This document shows positions 25,319 through 35,305 of a stretch of 64,000 nt of DNA, one piece after another (the stretch's first letter is position 1; each line of letters starts with the position of its first letter). The notes beneath the pieces were generated by a model that saw nothing but the letters and a program-made list of their open reading frames with translations, was not told the DNA's origin and ran no database searches. The DNA is taken from NCBI GenBank assembly GCA_020851655.1, contig JADZCI010000096.1, forward strand, positions 14,698 to 78,697, written 5' to 3'. A program made the translations under genes and the position numbers. The DNA is from Bryobacterales bacterium. GTDB taxonomy: Bacteria; Acidobacteriota; Terriglobia; Bryobacterales; Bryobacteraceae.

Positions 25319-26782
25319 ATGCGCACACTCTTCCTGAACCCCCCGTCTTTTGAGGGCTTTGACGGCGGCGCGAGCTCGCGCTGGCCGGCCACGCGCGAGA
25401 TCGAGTCCTACTGGTACCCGGTCTGGCTCTGCTACCCCGCGGGTATGCTGCCCGATTCAAGGGTCGTGGATGCGCCGCCCCATAAGATCTCGATTCAGCA
25501 GACTGTCGAGATTGCTAAAGACTTCGAGTTGCTGGTGCTGTTCACCTCAACGCCCGGCTTTAGCGTCGACGTCAAGATGGCTGAGATGATGCGCGATGCG
25601 AACCCGAAGCTCAAGGTTTGCTTTGTGGGTCCGCCGGTCACGGTTGATCCGGAGCGGACGCTTCGGTCGACCAGCGCGATTGATTTCGTCGTGCGCAGGG
25701 AGTTCGACAACCAGATCGTCAGCTATGCCAAGGGCGCCCGGCTTGAGGAGCTGCCCAATGTGAGCTTCCGGCGGAATGGAGAAATTGTTCACACTCCGGA
25801 CGGCGGATACATCGAAAATCTCGATGAAATGCCGTGGGTCACGAAAGTTTACAAACGTGACCTGGACTTCCGGCGCTACAACGTTCCCTTTCTCAAGAAC
25901 CCTTTCATCTCGCTGTACACCTCGCGTGGCTGCCCCGCGCTTTGCACATTCTGTCTCTGGCCGCAAACCCATTCCGGACACCGCTGGCGCCTGCGTTCAG
26001 ATGACGACGTCGTGAACGAGTGCAAGTGGGCAATTGAGAATTTCCCGGGACTGAAAGAGATTTTTTTTGACGACGACACGTTCAATTACAAGGGCAAGCG
26101 AACCATCGAGCTTTGTAAGAAACTTGCGCCGCTGAATTTCACTTTTTCCTGTACGTCGCGAGTGACAACGGACGAGGACACACTCAAAGCCATGAAGGAT
26201 GCCGGCTTTCGTCTGATGATTGTGGGCTACGAGACCGGTGATCCGCAGATCCTGAAGAACATCAAGAAGGGCGCCACCGTGGAGATGGCGCGCCGATTCA
26301 CCCAGAACGCTCACAAGCTGGGCTTGACGATTCACGCCGATTTCATTGTCGGCCTGCCCGGTGAATCGCGCGAGTCGATCAGACGGACCGTCGACTTTGC
26401 CAAGGAACTGGACTGCGAAACGATACAAGTATCCATCGCGCATCCGTATCCCGGGACGGAGTTTTACGACTATGCCGAGACTAACGGGCTGATCCAGATC
26501 AACGCCTCAATGACCGACGAGACGGGCCATCAACTGCCCAACATCGTGTATCCGGGATTAGACCGCGCCGAACTGGTCGACTGGGTTGAGCGCTTCTACG
26601 GCGAATACTACTTCCGTCCCAAGGCCGCGTGGCGAGTGATGCGCAAGGCATTGTTCAACGGCGAGGAACGCAAGCGCCTCTATAAGGAGGCCCGGGAGTA
26701 CCTGGCGCTGCGCAGTAAGCGTAAGAAGTTTGTGGAAGACGAGCGCCGCCAAACCGCGGCAGCCTCTGCCGCCGGAGATTGA
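25319..26782 (+). CDS. hpnJ: hopanoid-associated B12-binding radical SAM protein HpnJ
   Basis: The N-terminus (MRTLFLNPPSFEGFDGGASSRWPATREIESYWYPVWL) is the characteristic HpnJ start. A CxxxCxxC cluster is present (GCPALCTFCLWP). About 487 aa. Confidence 0.8.
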   Translation: MRTLFLNPPSFEGFDGGASSRWPATREIESYWYPVWLCYPAGMLPDSRVVDAPPHKISIQQTVEIAKDFELLVLFTSTPGFSVDVKMAEMMRDANPKLKVCFVGPPVTVDPERTLRSTSAIDFVVRREFDNQIVSYAKGARLEELPNVSFRRNGEIVHTPDGGYIENLDEMPWVTKVYKRDLDFRRYNVPFLKNPFISLYTSRGCPALCTFCLWPQTHSGHRWRLRSDDDVVNECKWAIENFPGLKEIFFDDDTFNYKGKRTIELCKKLAPLNFTFSCTSRVTTDEDTLKAMKDAGFRLMIVGYETGDPQILKNIKKGATVEMARRFTQNAHKLGLTIHADFIVGLPGESRESIRRTVDFAKELDCETIQVSIAHPYPGTEFYDYAETNGLIQINASMTDETGHQLPNIVYPGLDRAELVDWVERFYGEYYFRPKAAWRVMRKALFNGEERKRLYKEAREYLALRSKRKKFVEDERRQTAAASAAGD

Positions 26783-27150
26783 TGCGCGTCAAGACTGGCC
26801 TGTTACTGGCATTCGTCGTCCTCAGCAACGCGATCGGGAATTTCCTCTTGAGCTTGGGCATGCACCACGCCGAACCCGGCTCCATCGGCGCCTACTTTCA
26901 GCCGGCGGTTGTGAGCGGCATAGCGCTGCTGGTGGCGTGGACTGTCAGCCGGCTCTACCTGCTCGGGGTCGCCGACTTGAGCTACGTACTTCCCGTAACC
27001 TCGGTTGGTTTTGTGATCAACGCGTGGATGGGCGCTGTCTTCCTGCGCGAGAGCGTGTCCCCGGCGCGGTGGGCGGGGGTGTTTCTCATCTGCGCAGGCG
27101 CCGCACTGGCCGGATGGACCCGGCCTGATACTGCTAAGCAACCGGTATGA
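26782..27150 (+). CDS. small single-EamA-domain membrane protein (half-transporter 1)
   Basis: About 122 aa with 4 hydrophobic helices and the EamA-like end motif FLRESVSPARWAGVFLICAGAAL. Its ATG overlaps the hpnJ stop (TGATG). Confidence 0.6.
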   Translation: MRVKTGLLLAFVVLSNAIGNFLLSLGMHHAEPGSIGAYFQPAVVSGIALLVAWTVSRLYLLGVADLSYVLPVTSVGFVINAWMGAVFLRESVSPARWAGVFLICAGAALAGWTRPDTAKQPV

Positions 27151-27455
27151 AATGGACGTTGCTCGGGATGGTTGTCCTCTCCACGGTCCTGGCGGATCTG
27201 CTCCAGAGCCACGCCATGCGCCAGGGAGGCAAGAAGTGGAAACTGCCTCTTGCTATCGCAGCCATGGCGGTTTCGTTTTTCTCCTTTACTGAATTGTTGA
27301 AAGTCGCCGATCTCAGTTTTGCGGTTCCGGCCAGCGCGGCCAGTCTGTCGCTCGAGATTCTTCTGGCGCGGCTGATACTCAGAGAGTCTGTGGACAGCCG
27401 CCGTTGGGCAGGCGCGGCGCTCGTGGCCTTTGGCGTAATCCTGTTGGCGCGGTGA
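27147..27455 (+). CDS. small single-EamA-domain membrane protein (half-transporter 2)
   Basis: 102 aa with LRESVDSRRWAGAALVAFGVILL. ATGA overlap with the previous gene. Confidence 0.6.
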   Translation: MKWTLLGMVVLSTVLADLLQSHAMRQGGKKWKLPLAIAAMAVSFFSFTELLKVADLSFAVPASAASLSLEILLARLILRESVDSRRWAGAALVAFGVILLAR

Positions 27456-28558
27456 CGATCGTCGTACTCATCGCGGGTCTGGTCTCGGCCGCCTATCACG
27501 TCATTGCGATGGTTGCCGCCCTGGTCCACAAGAGCCGGACACACCGGGCAGCAACCGCGTGTCCGCCGGTATCCATTCTCAAGCCGGTATACGGGCTGGA
27601 CGACGGGTTTTTCGAAGCGATTCGCGGTCATGCGCTTCAGGACTATCCCGAATTCGAGATCATATTTGGAGTCCACAATCTACACGATCCCGCGGTTGCC
27701 GCCGTCCGGCGCCTGATCGCCGAGTATCCGAAGGTTCCAATCAGCCTGGTTGAAGCCGGTTCGGGCGCTCCGAATGGAAAAGTCCACATCCTGACCCGCC
27801 TGGCCGCAGAGGCGAAATACTCGGTGTTACTGGTTAATGACAGCGACATCAGTGTCCCGCGGCATTACCTCAGGAATGTCACTGAGCCGCTTTCGGATCC
27901 TTCAGTGGGCTTGGTGACGTGTCTCTATAGGGCGGAATCCTCCTCTCTCGCGGGTAAGTGGGAAGCGCTGGGGATCGCAACCGACTTCATTCCCAGTACG
28001 CTAGTCGCTCCGCTGGCCGGAATTCGGGAGTTCGGCCTCGGTTCCACACTTTGCTTCCGGCGGAGCGACCTTGAGCACATCGGAGGCTTTGCCGCGATAG
28101 CCGACTACATCGCCGACGACTACCAGCTCGCGAAGCGACTTACTTCTTTGGGTCTTAACGCTTATCTCTCCGATGTGGTCGTTTCCACGCACTTGTCCGA
28201 TCCGGATTGGAAGTCCGTGTGGAACCATCAAGTGCGCTGGGCGCGAACCATCCGTGTTTCGAGAGGCGACGGCTACGCGGGGTTGCCGGTCACTCACGCG
28301 GGACTCTGGGCGTTGCTCGCGGCCTGTGCGGGGAATGCCTGGCTGGCGCTCTTGCTTATCGCCGCGCGCTTGGCAAGCGGGCTGTTTGGCGGGGTCGGAA
28401 TCCTGGGCCAAAAGCGGTTGCTCTATCTATTCCCCTTGATTCCCCTGTGGGATCTTTGGGCGTTTGCCGTGTGGATTGCGGGCTGGGCGGGCAACACGGT
28501 CGTGTGGCGAGGCCGACACTACCGGCTGACTCAGGACGGCCGCCTCTTTCCTGTGTGA
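27452..28558 (+). CDS. hpnI: HpnI-like family 21/2 glycosyltransferase (ceramide-glucosyltransferase-like)
   Basis: Motifs VSILKPVYGLDDG, FEIIFGV, VNDSDISV, VGLVTCLY and the Q/RxxRW motif HQVRWARTIR. Likely GTG start at 27452, in a GTGA overlap with the upstream stop. Confidence 0.75.
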   Translation: MTIVVLIAGLVSAAYHVIAMVAALVHKSRTHRAATACPPVSILKPVYGLDDGFFEAIRGHALQDYPEFEIIFGVHNLHDPAVAAVRRLIAEYPKVPISLVEAGSGAPNGKVHILTRLAAEAKYSVLLVNDSDISVPRHYLRNVTEPLSDPSVGLVTCLYRAESSSLAGKWEALGIATDFIPSTLVAPLAGIREFGLGSTLCFRRSDLEHIGGFAAIADYIADDYQLAKRLTSLGLNAYLSDVVVSTHLSDPDWKSVWNHQVRWARTIRVSRGDGYAGLPVTHAGLWALLAACAGNAWLALLLIAARLASGLFGGVGILGQKRLLYLFPLIPLWDLWAFAVWIAGWAGNTVVWRGRHYRLTQDGRLFPV

Positions 28559-28571
28559 TAGACAGGGCAGG

Positions 28572-29294
28572 CTAATGCGTTACCCGTTCCGGGTGAGAGT
28601 AGACGTTGAGCCGGCCTTCCCGGAGGAAGCCGATCAGGGCTAAGCCGCTCTGCTCGGCGAACTCGGCGGCAAGGGAAGAAGGCGCGGAGACCGCCGCGAC
28701 GACTGGGATTCGAGCGGCCAGCGCTTTTTGGACGATCTCGAAGCTCGCCCGTCCGCTGACCATCAGGATGTGGCGGTCAAGCGGCAGGCGTTTTGCCATC
28801 AAAGCGTGCCCAACTACCTTGTCGACCGCGTTATGACGGCCGGCATCTTCGCGCACCACCACCAAGTCGCCCTCAATGGTAAAGAGAGCCGCGGCATGCA
28901 GTCCACCGGTTCGCGCGAACGCCGCTTGTTCTTTGCGGAGTTTTTCGGGCAACGCCATGAGGTCGCCAGCCTTGACGCCGGGCGCATCCGTGATGGGCGG
29001 AAAGCGCAGGTGGACCGCGTCGATGCTCGCCTTACCGCAAATCCCGCAACTGGACGAGACCATGATGCCGCGCGATGGGACTCCGCGGCCTGACGAGTTC
29101 AGGCTCACGTTGATGATGTTGCAGTTCTCCTTCCGCATCAGAGGCCGGATACCGCTCACGTCCTGTGCGCCGCGGATAAATCCTTCGGTGAGGAGAAATC
29201 CCGCCGCCAGTTCCTGATCATGCCCCGGAGTTCGCATCACCACGCAGATGGGTTTGCGGCCGGCGCGGATTTCCAGCGGCTCCTCTACGGCCAA
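28572..29294 (-). CDS. fdhD: formate dehydrogenase accessory sulfurtransferase FdhD
   Basis: FdhD/NarQ blocks: RTPGHDQELAAGFLLTEG, SSCGICGK, GGLHAAALF, GRHNAVDKVVG. Confidence 0.85.
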   Translation of the reverse strand: MAVEEPLEIRAGRKPICVVMRTPGHDQELAAGFLLTEGFIRGAQDVSGIRPLMRKENCNIINVSLNSSGRGVPSRGIMVSSSCGICGKASIDAVHLRFPPITDAPGVKAGDLMALPEKLRKEQAAFARTGGLHAAALFTIEGDLVVVREDAGRHNAVDKVVGHALMAKRLPLDRHILMVSGRASFEIVQKALAARIPVVAAVSAPSSLAAEFAEQSGLALIGFLREGRLNVYSHPERVTH

Positions 29295-29359
29295 CTGATC
29301 GAACCTGCCGGTCCACTGTCCGTTTTCGCAGGCAAGGATTTCCCAACGCGAGGTCGCTT

Positions 29360-31609
29360 TCAGAGAGGTTGCGCCTCCAATCTCACTGTGGCGTTGTAGT
29401 CCGGAACGCCGCCGGTTGCATCCACACGTCCGCGTGGGAGGAGCAGATTTCCTTCGGGCCAGTGAATCTGGAGGCTCCCCGGGGCCACTGCCGCCGGGAA
29501 AGCCCGCCCCTCGAACGTTCCGTGACCGTTGCGAAGCAGAACCGGATCGCCACGTTTCAAGTGCAGCCGGGCAGCATCGTCCGGATTGATCAAGACGGCG
29601 TCACGCGAAGCGCCGGTGATCGGGTCGGTCTCGCCGTAGATCAGCGTGTTGAACTGCTTCCCGCGCCGCGTGCTCACAATGAACTCGCCGTCCTGCCTCG
29701 ATCGGTCGGGCAGGTCGACCACTGCAAAATGCGCTTTTCTGTCCGGCGTTGGGAACACTCCTCCCTCGCACAGGTGGGGGCCGCCGTATTGGAACGAGTC
29801 ACCTGTGGCACGCAACGTCTGAATGCCGTCGTAGGCCGGGATAACGCTGGCAATTTCTTGCCGGATCTCCTGGCCGGAAGAGCATCCGAACACACGGCTT
29901 CGATCCGGATCAACAGCTACGGCCAGTTCGCGAAAGATTTTCCACTCGGCCTTCGCTTCTCCGACTTGCCTTGGGATTTCTGGGCTGTACATCACACGTC
30001 TTTCCGTGGACGTCTGAGTACCTCCTCCATCCTGCTCATAGCGCGTCTTTGCGGGGAGCAGAATCACCTCCTCGGCGGGGTCGAGCAGCATCTGGTCTGT
30101 GACGATCAGGTCCTGGTGCACCCGTAGCGGGACCTTGCGCATCGCCGCACTCACGTAATCGGGATCGGGGAGCGTGCGCAGAAAGTTTCCTCCCACGCAA
30201 TACAGCATCTCCAACTCGCCGCGCGCGGCTGCTTCCACCATCTCAGCCGCCATCAGGCCGGGCCGGTCAGGCACCTTGAAACCATACGCTTCAGAGAGCT
30301 TAAGGGCATTGTCCCGATTCAGCGGCAGTCCGCCGGGGAAAGCGGTGGCGTATGCGCCCATCTCGGCTCCACCTTGCACGCCGGAGTGTCCCCGGATGGG
30401 CATCAGTCCGCACTTATCCCGCCCGATGTAGCCGCGGGCCAACCCAAGGTTGACGATCATGCGTACGGCGTCACCGCCAAACACATGCTGGGTAATTCCC
30501 ATGCTCCACACGAGCACCGCGTTCCGCGCCTTGGCGACCAAGGTTGCAAAGTCCTCCATGTCGCTCCGCTTCTGGCCGCTGTCGCGTTCGAGCCTGTCCC
30601 AATCCGCCGCCAGGCACGCCGCGCGCAATCCGTCCACGCCGGTGGTCGATCGGGAAACGAACTCCTTGTCCTCCCATCCACGCTCGAAGACCACCTTGAG
30701 GACACCGTGGAGGAACGCAATATCACCTCCGGGGGCGACTCGGAACCAATGGTCCATGATCTCGGTGCCGAACAACGCACTGCTCACGATGGAGGGCACC
30801 CAAAACGTGTCCATGCCGGGTTCGCGATAGGGGTTGACCAAGACGACCTTCGTGCCGCCCCGCTTCACGTCGTGGAGGTACTTGATGGTGACCGGTTGGT
30901 CATTAGCGGGGTTCGAGCCGAAAAACACAATCAAATCGGCGCCAAACCAGTCCTTGTAGCTGCACGTCGTTGCCGCCACCCCAAGCGTGCTCTTCATGGC
31001 GCCGGTTGACGGGGAATGACAAAGACGCGCCGCGTTATCGACGTTGTTGGTGCCCAGGAACCGCGCGAATTTCTGCGCTACGTAATAGGTCTCATTCGTG
31101 AGCGCACGCGACGTCAGGTAGAACGCGAGGCGCTCCGGCGCAGCCGCCCTGATCCCGCGGGCGATGCGATCGTAGGCTTCCTGCCAAGCGATTCGGCGAA
31201 ATCCTGGCTCACCCCTCTGGCGGACCATCGGAAAAGCAAGGCGTCCCATCTCACGCAGTTCGGCATTGCCGCGCTGCGCAAGCAGACTGACATCGGATAG
31301 GCATTCCGTGGGCAGTTCCGGCATGGTGTTCAGGCGCAGCAGGTTCAGCCGCGTCATGCACAGATGAATGCCGTCGATTGTCCAGTCACGGAAACCTGCC
31401 ACGCCGAGAGCGCATCCGTCGCATACGCCCTGCTGAAGGACCTTCCATCCATAGGCCGCATTATCGCGGTTTTTCCACGCGATCTTGGCCATATCGGTGA
31501 ACGATTTGGGCTTAGTTCGTCCCAATCCCAGCGGGACGGCTCTCATCAGGCGGTCGCGCCAGGTTCGCCGGATCTCCATTATGACTTTGATACCACGAGT
31601 CAGTTCCAT
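29360..31609 (-). CDS. FdhF/YdeP-family molybdopterin oxidoreductase
   Basis: The N-terminal YdeP-type block is GLGRTKPKSFTDMAKIAWKNRDN..YGWKVLQQGVCDGCALG...HLCMTRLNLLRLNT. MopB and C-terminal molybdopterin-binding regions follow. The start may be an internal Met. Confidence 0.85.
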   Translation of the reverse strand: MELTRGIKVIMEIRRTWRDRLMRAVPLGLGRTKPKSFTDMAKIAWKNRDNAAYGWKVLQQGVCDGCALGVAGFRDWTIDGIHLCMTRLNLLRLNTMPELPTECLSDVSLLAQRGNAELREMGRLAFPMVRQRGEPGFRRIAWQEAYDRIARGIRAAAPERLAFYLTSRALTNETYYVAQKFARFLGTNNVDNAARLCHSPSTGAMKSTLGVAATTCSYKDWFGADLIVFFGSNPANDQPVTIKYLHDVKRGGTKVVLVNPYREPGMDTFWVPSIVSSALFGTEIMDHWFRVAPGGDIAFLHGVLKVVFERGWEDKEFVSRSTTGVDGLRAACLAADWDRLERDSGQKRSDMEDFATLVAKARNAVLVWSMGITQHVFGGDAVRMIVNLGLARGYIGRDKCGLMPIRGHSGVQGGAEMGAYATAFPGGLPLNRDNALKLSEAYGFKVPDRPGLMAAEMVEAAARGELEMLYCVGGNFLRTLPDPDYVSAAMRKVPLRVHQDLIVTDQMLLDPAEEVILLPAKTRYEQDGGGTQTSTERRVMYSPEIPRQVGEAKAEWKIFRELAVAVDPDRSRVFGCSSGQEIRQEIASVIPAYDGIQTLRATGDSFQYGGPHLCEGGVFPTPDRKAHFAVVDLPDRSRQDGEFIVSTRRGKQFNTLIYGETDPITGASRDAVLINPDDAARLHLKRGDPVLLRNGHGTFEGRAFPAAVAPGSLQIHWPEGNLLLPRGRVDATGGVPDYNATVRLEAQPL

Positions 31610-31628
31610 TCGCCTTGCGCCTTGAACT

Positions 31629-32129
31629 TTGCTATTGTTCTACTCCAAGGGGGTTGCAATGACTCAGCCGATCCGCGTAACGATCAACGGAACCGCACAC
31701 CAGCATTCTGTTGAACCGAGACTGTTACTCATCCACTATTTGCGCGACGTGGCTGGACTTACCGGACCTCACGTCGGCTGCGAGACTTCCATATGTGGCG
31801 CCTGTACGGTCATGGTCGACGGCAAGGCGGTCAAGGCGTGTACGATGTTCGCAGTCCAGGCCGATGGACGGGAGGTGCTGACGATTGAGGGTCTGGCCTC
31901 CAACGGCGTCCTGCATCCCATCCAGGAGGCGTTCTGGAACGAGCATGGTTTGCAATGCGGCTATTGCACGCCGGGCATGATCATGGCGGTCAAGCAATTG
32001 CTTGACCGGAACCCCAACCCGGACGAGGCGGGCATCCGGCATGCCATCGAAGGCAATCTCTGCCGCTGCACCGGCTATCAACACATTGTCAATGCCGTCA
32101 AGGCGGCTGCCAAGAGCATGGGGGCTTAA
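31629..32129 (+). CDS. coxS: (2Fe-2S)-binding small subunit of xanthine dehydrogenase/CODH family
   Basis: Two cluster motifs: [12 protein letters not shown] and [10 protein letters not shown]...CRCTGY. Confidence 0.9.
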   Translation: MLLFYSKGVAMTQPIRVTINGTAHQHSVEPRLLLIHYLRDVAGLTGPHVGCETSICGACTVMVDGKAVKACTMFAVQADGREVLTIEGLASNGVLHPIQEAFWNEHGLQCGYCTPGMIMAVKQLLDRNPNPDEAGIRHAIEGNLCRCTGYQHIVNAVKAAAKSMGA

Positions 32130-32132
32130 GCG

Positions 32133-34463
32133 ATGGGCACGACACTTACTGAAACAAAGACCCTGGTCGGCCAGAGTGTCCGGCGCAAAGAAGACCCACG
32201 CTTGATCACGGGCACCGCCACCTACGTGGACGATATTCAACAGCCCGGCATGAACTACGCGGCCGTCGTCCGCAGCCCGCATGCGGCCGCCCGAATCAAG
32301 GGCGTCGACACCAAGGCGGCGCGGGAGTTGCCGGGAGTCGTTGCGGTCTTCACGGGCAGCGACGTCGCCGAGCTGGGCCCTGTGCCGTGCGGAGCGTCCC
32401 TTCCCGGTCTGCGAGTTCCTTACCACCATCTTCTGGCGCAGGACCGGGTCTACTTTGTGGGGCACCCTGTGGCTGTCGTCGTCGCGCATGACCGCTACAT
32501 TGCAAGAGACGCCGCCGAGCGTGTTGAGGTCGATTACGAAACGGTTGCCGCCGTAACCGATTCGGAGAAGGCGTTGGCGCCCGGCGCTCCGGCCGTCCAT
32601 CCGCAATGGCCGGACAACCTGGCATTTACGTTTGAACAAAACGGCGGGGATTTCGCCCAGGCGGCGAGAGATGCCGATGTTGTCGTCAGGCAACGCATCA
32701 CGAGCCAGAGGCTCATCCCAATGGCGCTCGAACCGCGCGGTGTCGTCGCCGAGTGGCGTAGTGGCGACAAGGCGCTGACCATTTACTCGTCGTCGCAGAT
32801 TCCGCACCTGATGCGAACTCTGGTAGCGCAAATTCTGGGAATTGCCGAGAACCGCCTGCGAGTGGTGGCTCCGGAAGTGGGTGGAGGGTTTGGCAGCAAG
32901 CTCAACGTTTACGCCGAAGAGGCCTTGATGGGTTTTGTCGCCATGAAGACCGGCAAACCGGTCAAGTGGATCGAATCACGGCGTGAAAACTTCCTTGCCA
33001 CGACACATGGCAGGGGCCACGTCGATTACCTGGAGATCGCCGCCAAGAAGGATGGCACGATTCTCGGTCTCAGCCTGAAGTTGATCCAAGACTTGGGCGC
33101 CTATCATCAGTTGCTGACTCCGGCGGTTCCCACGCTGTCGGTTTTGATGATGCCGGGGCTGTATCGCTTCCGCAACATCCATGCGACGATCCTGGGCGTG
33201 TTCACCAACTGCGTTCCGACCGACGCGTATCGTGGCGCGGGCCGCCCTGAGGCGACTCACGCGATCGAGCGCATCGTCGACTGCCTCGCGGCGGAACTCA
33301 AGATGGATCCCGCTGAAATCCGCTTCAAGAACTTTGTCCACAACGACGAGTTCCCGTACCTGACAGCGACGGGGCTGTCCTACGACAGCGGGAACTATGC
33401 GGCTCCGCTCGAAAAGGCGCTCGATCTGGTGTCGTACTCCGAACTTCGCAACCAGCAGGCGGAGGCTCGCGCCGCCGGGCGCCTGATGGGGATTGGGATT
33501 GCCACGTACGGCGAGATTTGCGCGATCGGACCGTCACCGGCGACACCTGCCGGTGGTTGGGAAAGCGCGACCGTTAAGATCGAGCCCTCGGGCAAGGTCA
33601 CCGTGATGTCCGGCGTCAAGGTGCACGGTCAGGGCGAGGAGACCACGTTCTCGCAGATTGTCGCCGACGAGTTAGGCGTGGATATGGACGACATCGTTGT
33701 CCTCCACGGCGATACGACACTCGTGCAGTATGGCATCGGCACCTTTGGCAGCCGGGCGACCGCCATTGGCGGTACGGCGCTCTATTTCGCCGTGCAGGAC
33801 CTCAAGGCGAAGATCAAGAAGTTTGGGGCGATGATGCTCAACTCGGACGATGTGTCATTTGTGGGCGGGCGCTGCGTCTGCAACCGGTCCGGCAAGAGCG
33901 TGTCGCTCGCTGAAGTCGCGGGCGCTTCCCACCGGGCGCTGGCGCTGCCTCCCGGCACCGATCCTGGGCTGGTTGCCACAAAGTTCTGGGAGCCTCCGAA
34001 TTTCACCTTCCCCTTTGGCGCACACATCGTGGTCACGGAGGTCGACCGCGAGACCGGCGGCATCAAGATCAATCGTTATGTGGCGGTGGATGACTGCGGC
34101 AGGATCATCAACCCGATGATCGTGGCTGGGCAGATTCACGGCGGCGTTGCTCAAGGACTGGGTCAGGCACTGTTCGAGCAAGCTGTGTATGACGAGTCGG
34201 GACAATTGGTCACTGGCGAACTGACCGATTACGCCGTTCCGAAAGCGACGATGATGCCATGGATCGAGACCGGTCACACGGTCACTCCGTCGCCGGTGAA
34301 TCCGCTGGGTGTGAAAGGCGTGGGCGAAGCGGGAACCATCGGCTGTTCCCCTGCTGTGGTCAACTCGGTCGTCGACGCACTGAGTCCGTTGGGCGTCCGT
34401 CATATCGACATGCCGCTGACGCCGGAAAAGATTTGGACCCTGATTCAAGGAGGCGCGGCCTGA
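32133..34463 (+). CDS. coxL: molybdopterin-binding large subunit, form II CODH-like (CoxL-II)
   Basis: 776 aa of the aldehyde oxidase/XDH family. The active-site loop is AYRGAGR (33225-33245), the motif used to define form II (putative) CoxL, as opposed to VAYRCSFR in form I. Confidence 0.9.
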   Translation: MGTTLTETKTLVGQSVRRKEDPRLITGTATYVDDIQQPGMNYAAVVRSPHAAARIKGVDTKAARELPGVVAVFTGSDVAELGPVPCGASLPGLRVPYHHLLAQDRVYFVGHPVAVVVAHDRYIARDAAERVEVDYETVAAVTDSEKALAPGAPAVHPQWPDNLAFTFEQNGGDFAQAARDADVVVRQRITSQRLIPMALEPRGVVAEWRSGDKALTIYSSSQIPHLMRTLVAQILGIAENRLRVVAPEVGGGFGSKLNVYAEEALMGFVAMKTGKPVKWIESRRENFLATTHGRGHVDYLEIAAKKDGTILGLSLKLIQDLGAYHQLLTPAVPTLSVLMMPGLYRFRNIHATILGVFTNCVPTDAYRGAGRPEATHAIERIVDCLAAELKMDPAEIRFKNFVHNDEFPYLTATGLSYDSGNYAAPLEKALDLVSYSELRNQQAEARAAGRLMGIGIATYGEICAIGPSPATPAGGWESATVKIEPSGKVTVMSGVKVHGQGEETTFSQIVADELGVDMDDIVVLHGDTTLVQYGIGTFGSRATAIGGTALYFAVQDLKAKIKKFGAMMLNSDDVSFVGGRCVCNRSGKSVSLAEVAGASHRALALPPGTDPGLVATKFWEPPNFTFPFGAHIVVTEVDRETGGIKINRYVAVDDCGRIINPMIVAGQIHGGVAQGLGQALFEQAVYDESGQLVTGELTDYAVPKATMMPWIETGHTVTPSPVNPLGVKGVGEAGTIGCSPAVVNSVVDALSPLGVRHIDMPLTPEKIWTLIQGGAA

Positions 34464-35305
34464 TGATCTCACAACCGTTCGAATACTCTCGCCCTGGCAC
34501 ACTGGCCGAGGCGTTGGAACTGCTGTCCGGCGGGTCCACCAAGCCGCTCGCCGGAGGCATGAGCTTGATCCCGATGATGAAACTGCGGCTGGCCGCGCCG
34601 GAGCATCTGATCGACCTGAGCCGGATACCCGGTCTGGACGCCATTTCGGAAGGCGGTGGAAGCATTCGCATCGGCGCGTTGGCGACGCACTATGGAATCG
34701 AGTCGTCTGCGCTAATCCGGGCCAAGTGCCCCCTACTGGCCGAAACGGCGGGCCGCATCGGCGACGTTCAGGTCCGTAATAGCGGCACTATTGGCGGAAG
34801 CGTTGCTCATGCCGACCCATCGTCGGACTACGCGGCGGCGCTGCTTGCTCTTGATGCAACGGTCCACATCGCGGGGCGGAGAGGCAACCGAAGTCTTCCG
34901 TACGCGGAATTTCTCGTCGACACGTTCACGACGCTACTCGAACCCGGCGAGCTGGTTGAAGCCATCGAGATTCCCGCTGAGAATCCGTCCACCGGATCGA
35001 GCTACCAGAAGATGGTTCAGCCCGCTTCGGGCTTTGCGATCGTAGGCGTTGCGGCGCGCGTCGCGCGAATCGCCGGCAAGATCACTTTCGCGCGAATCGG
35101 CATTACCGGACTGGGCTCGAAAGCCTTTCGCGCCGTCAACGTGGAGGCGCTTCTTCTTGCGGGCAACGCCGCGGCGGCTGCCGCAGCCGCCGGCGACGGG
35201 ATTGAAGCCAACTCCGACCTGCATGCCTCCTCACACTACCGCTCGCAAATGGTGAAGGTGTATTGTGCTCGCGCCATTTCGACAGCGCTCTCGAGGGCGG
35301 CGTGA
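34463..35305 (+). CDS. coxM: FAD-binding medium subunit (CoxM/CutM-like)
   Basis: The ATG at 34463 overlaps the coxL stop (TGATG). FAD_binding_5 pattern: FEYSRPGTLAEALELL..KPLAGGMSLIPMMKLR, GTIGGSVAHADP. Confidence 0.85.
   Translation: MISQPFEYSRPGTLAEALELLSGGSTKPLAGGMSLIPMMKLRLAAPEHLIDLSRIPGLDAISEGGGSIRIGALATHYGIESSALIRAKCPLLAETAGRIGDVQVRNSGTIGGSVAHADPSSDYAAALLALDATVHIAGRRGNRSLPYAEFLVDTFTTLLEPGELVEAIEIPAENPSTGSSYQKMVQPASGFAIVGVAARVARIAGKITFARIGITGLGSKAFRAVNVEALLLAGNAAAAAAAAGDGIEANSDLHASSHYRSQMVKVYCARAISTALSRAA

Noticed and set aside
34259-34462. Upstream extension of the coxM ORF. Similarly 50972-51157 for the sulfatase, 35263-35301 for coxG and 27404-27451 for hpnI.
   Set aside because: The extensions overlap the preceding gene in another frame. 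Internal ATG or GTG starts create classic stop/start overlaps and give family-typical N-termini.
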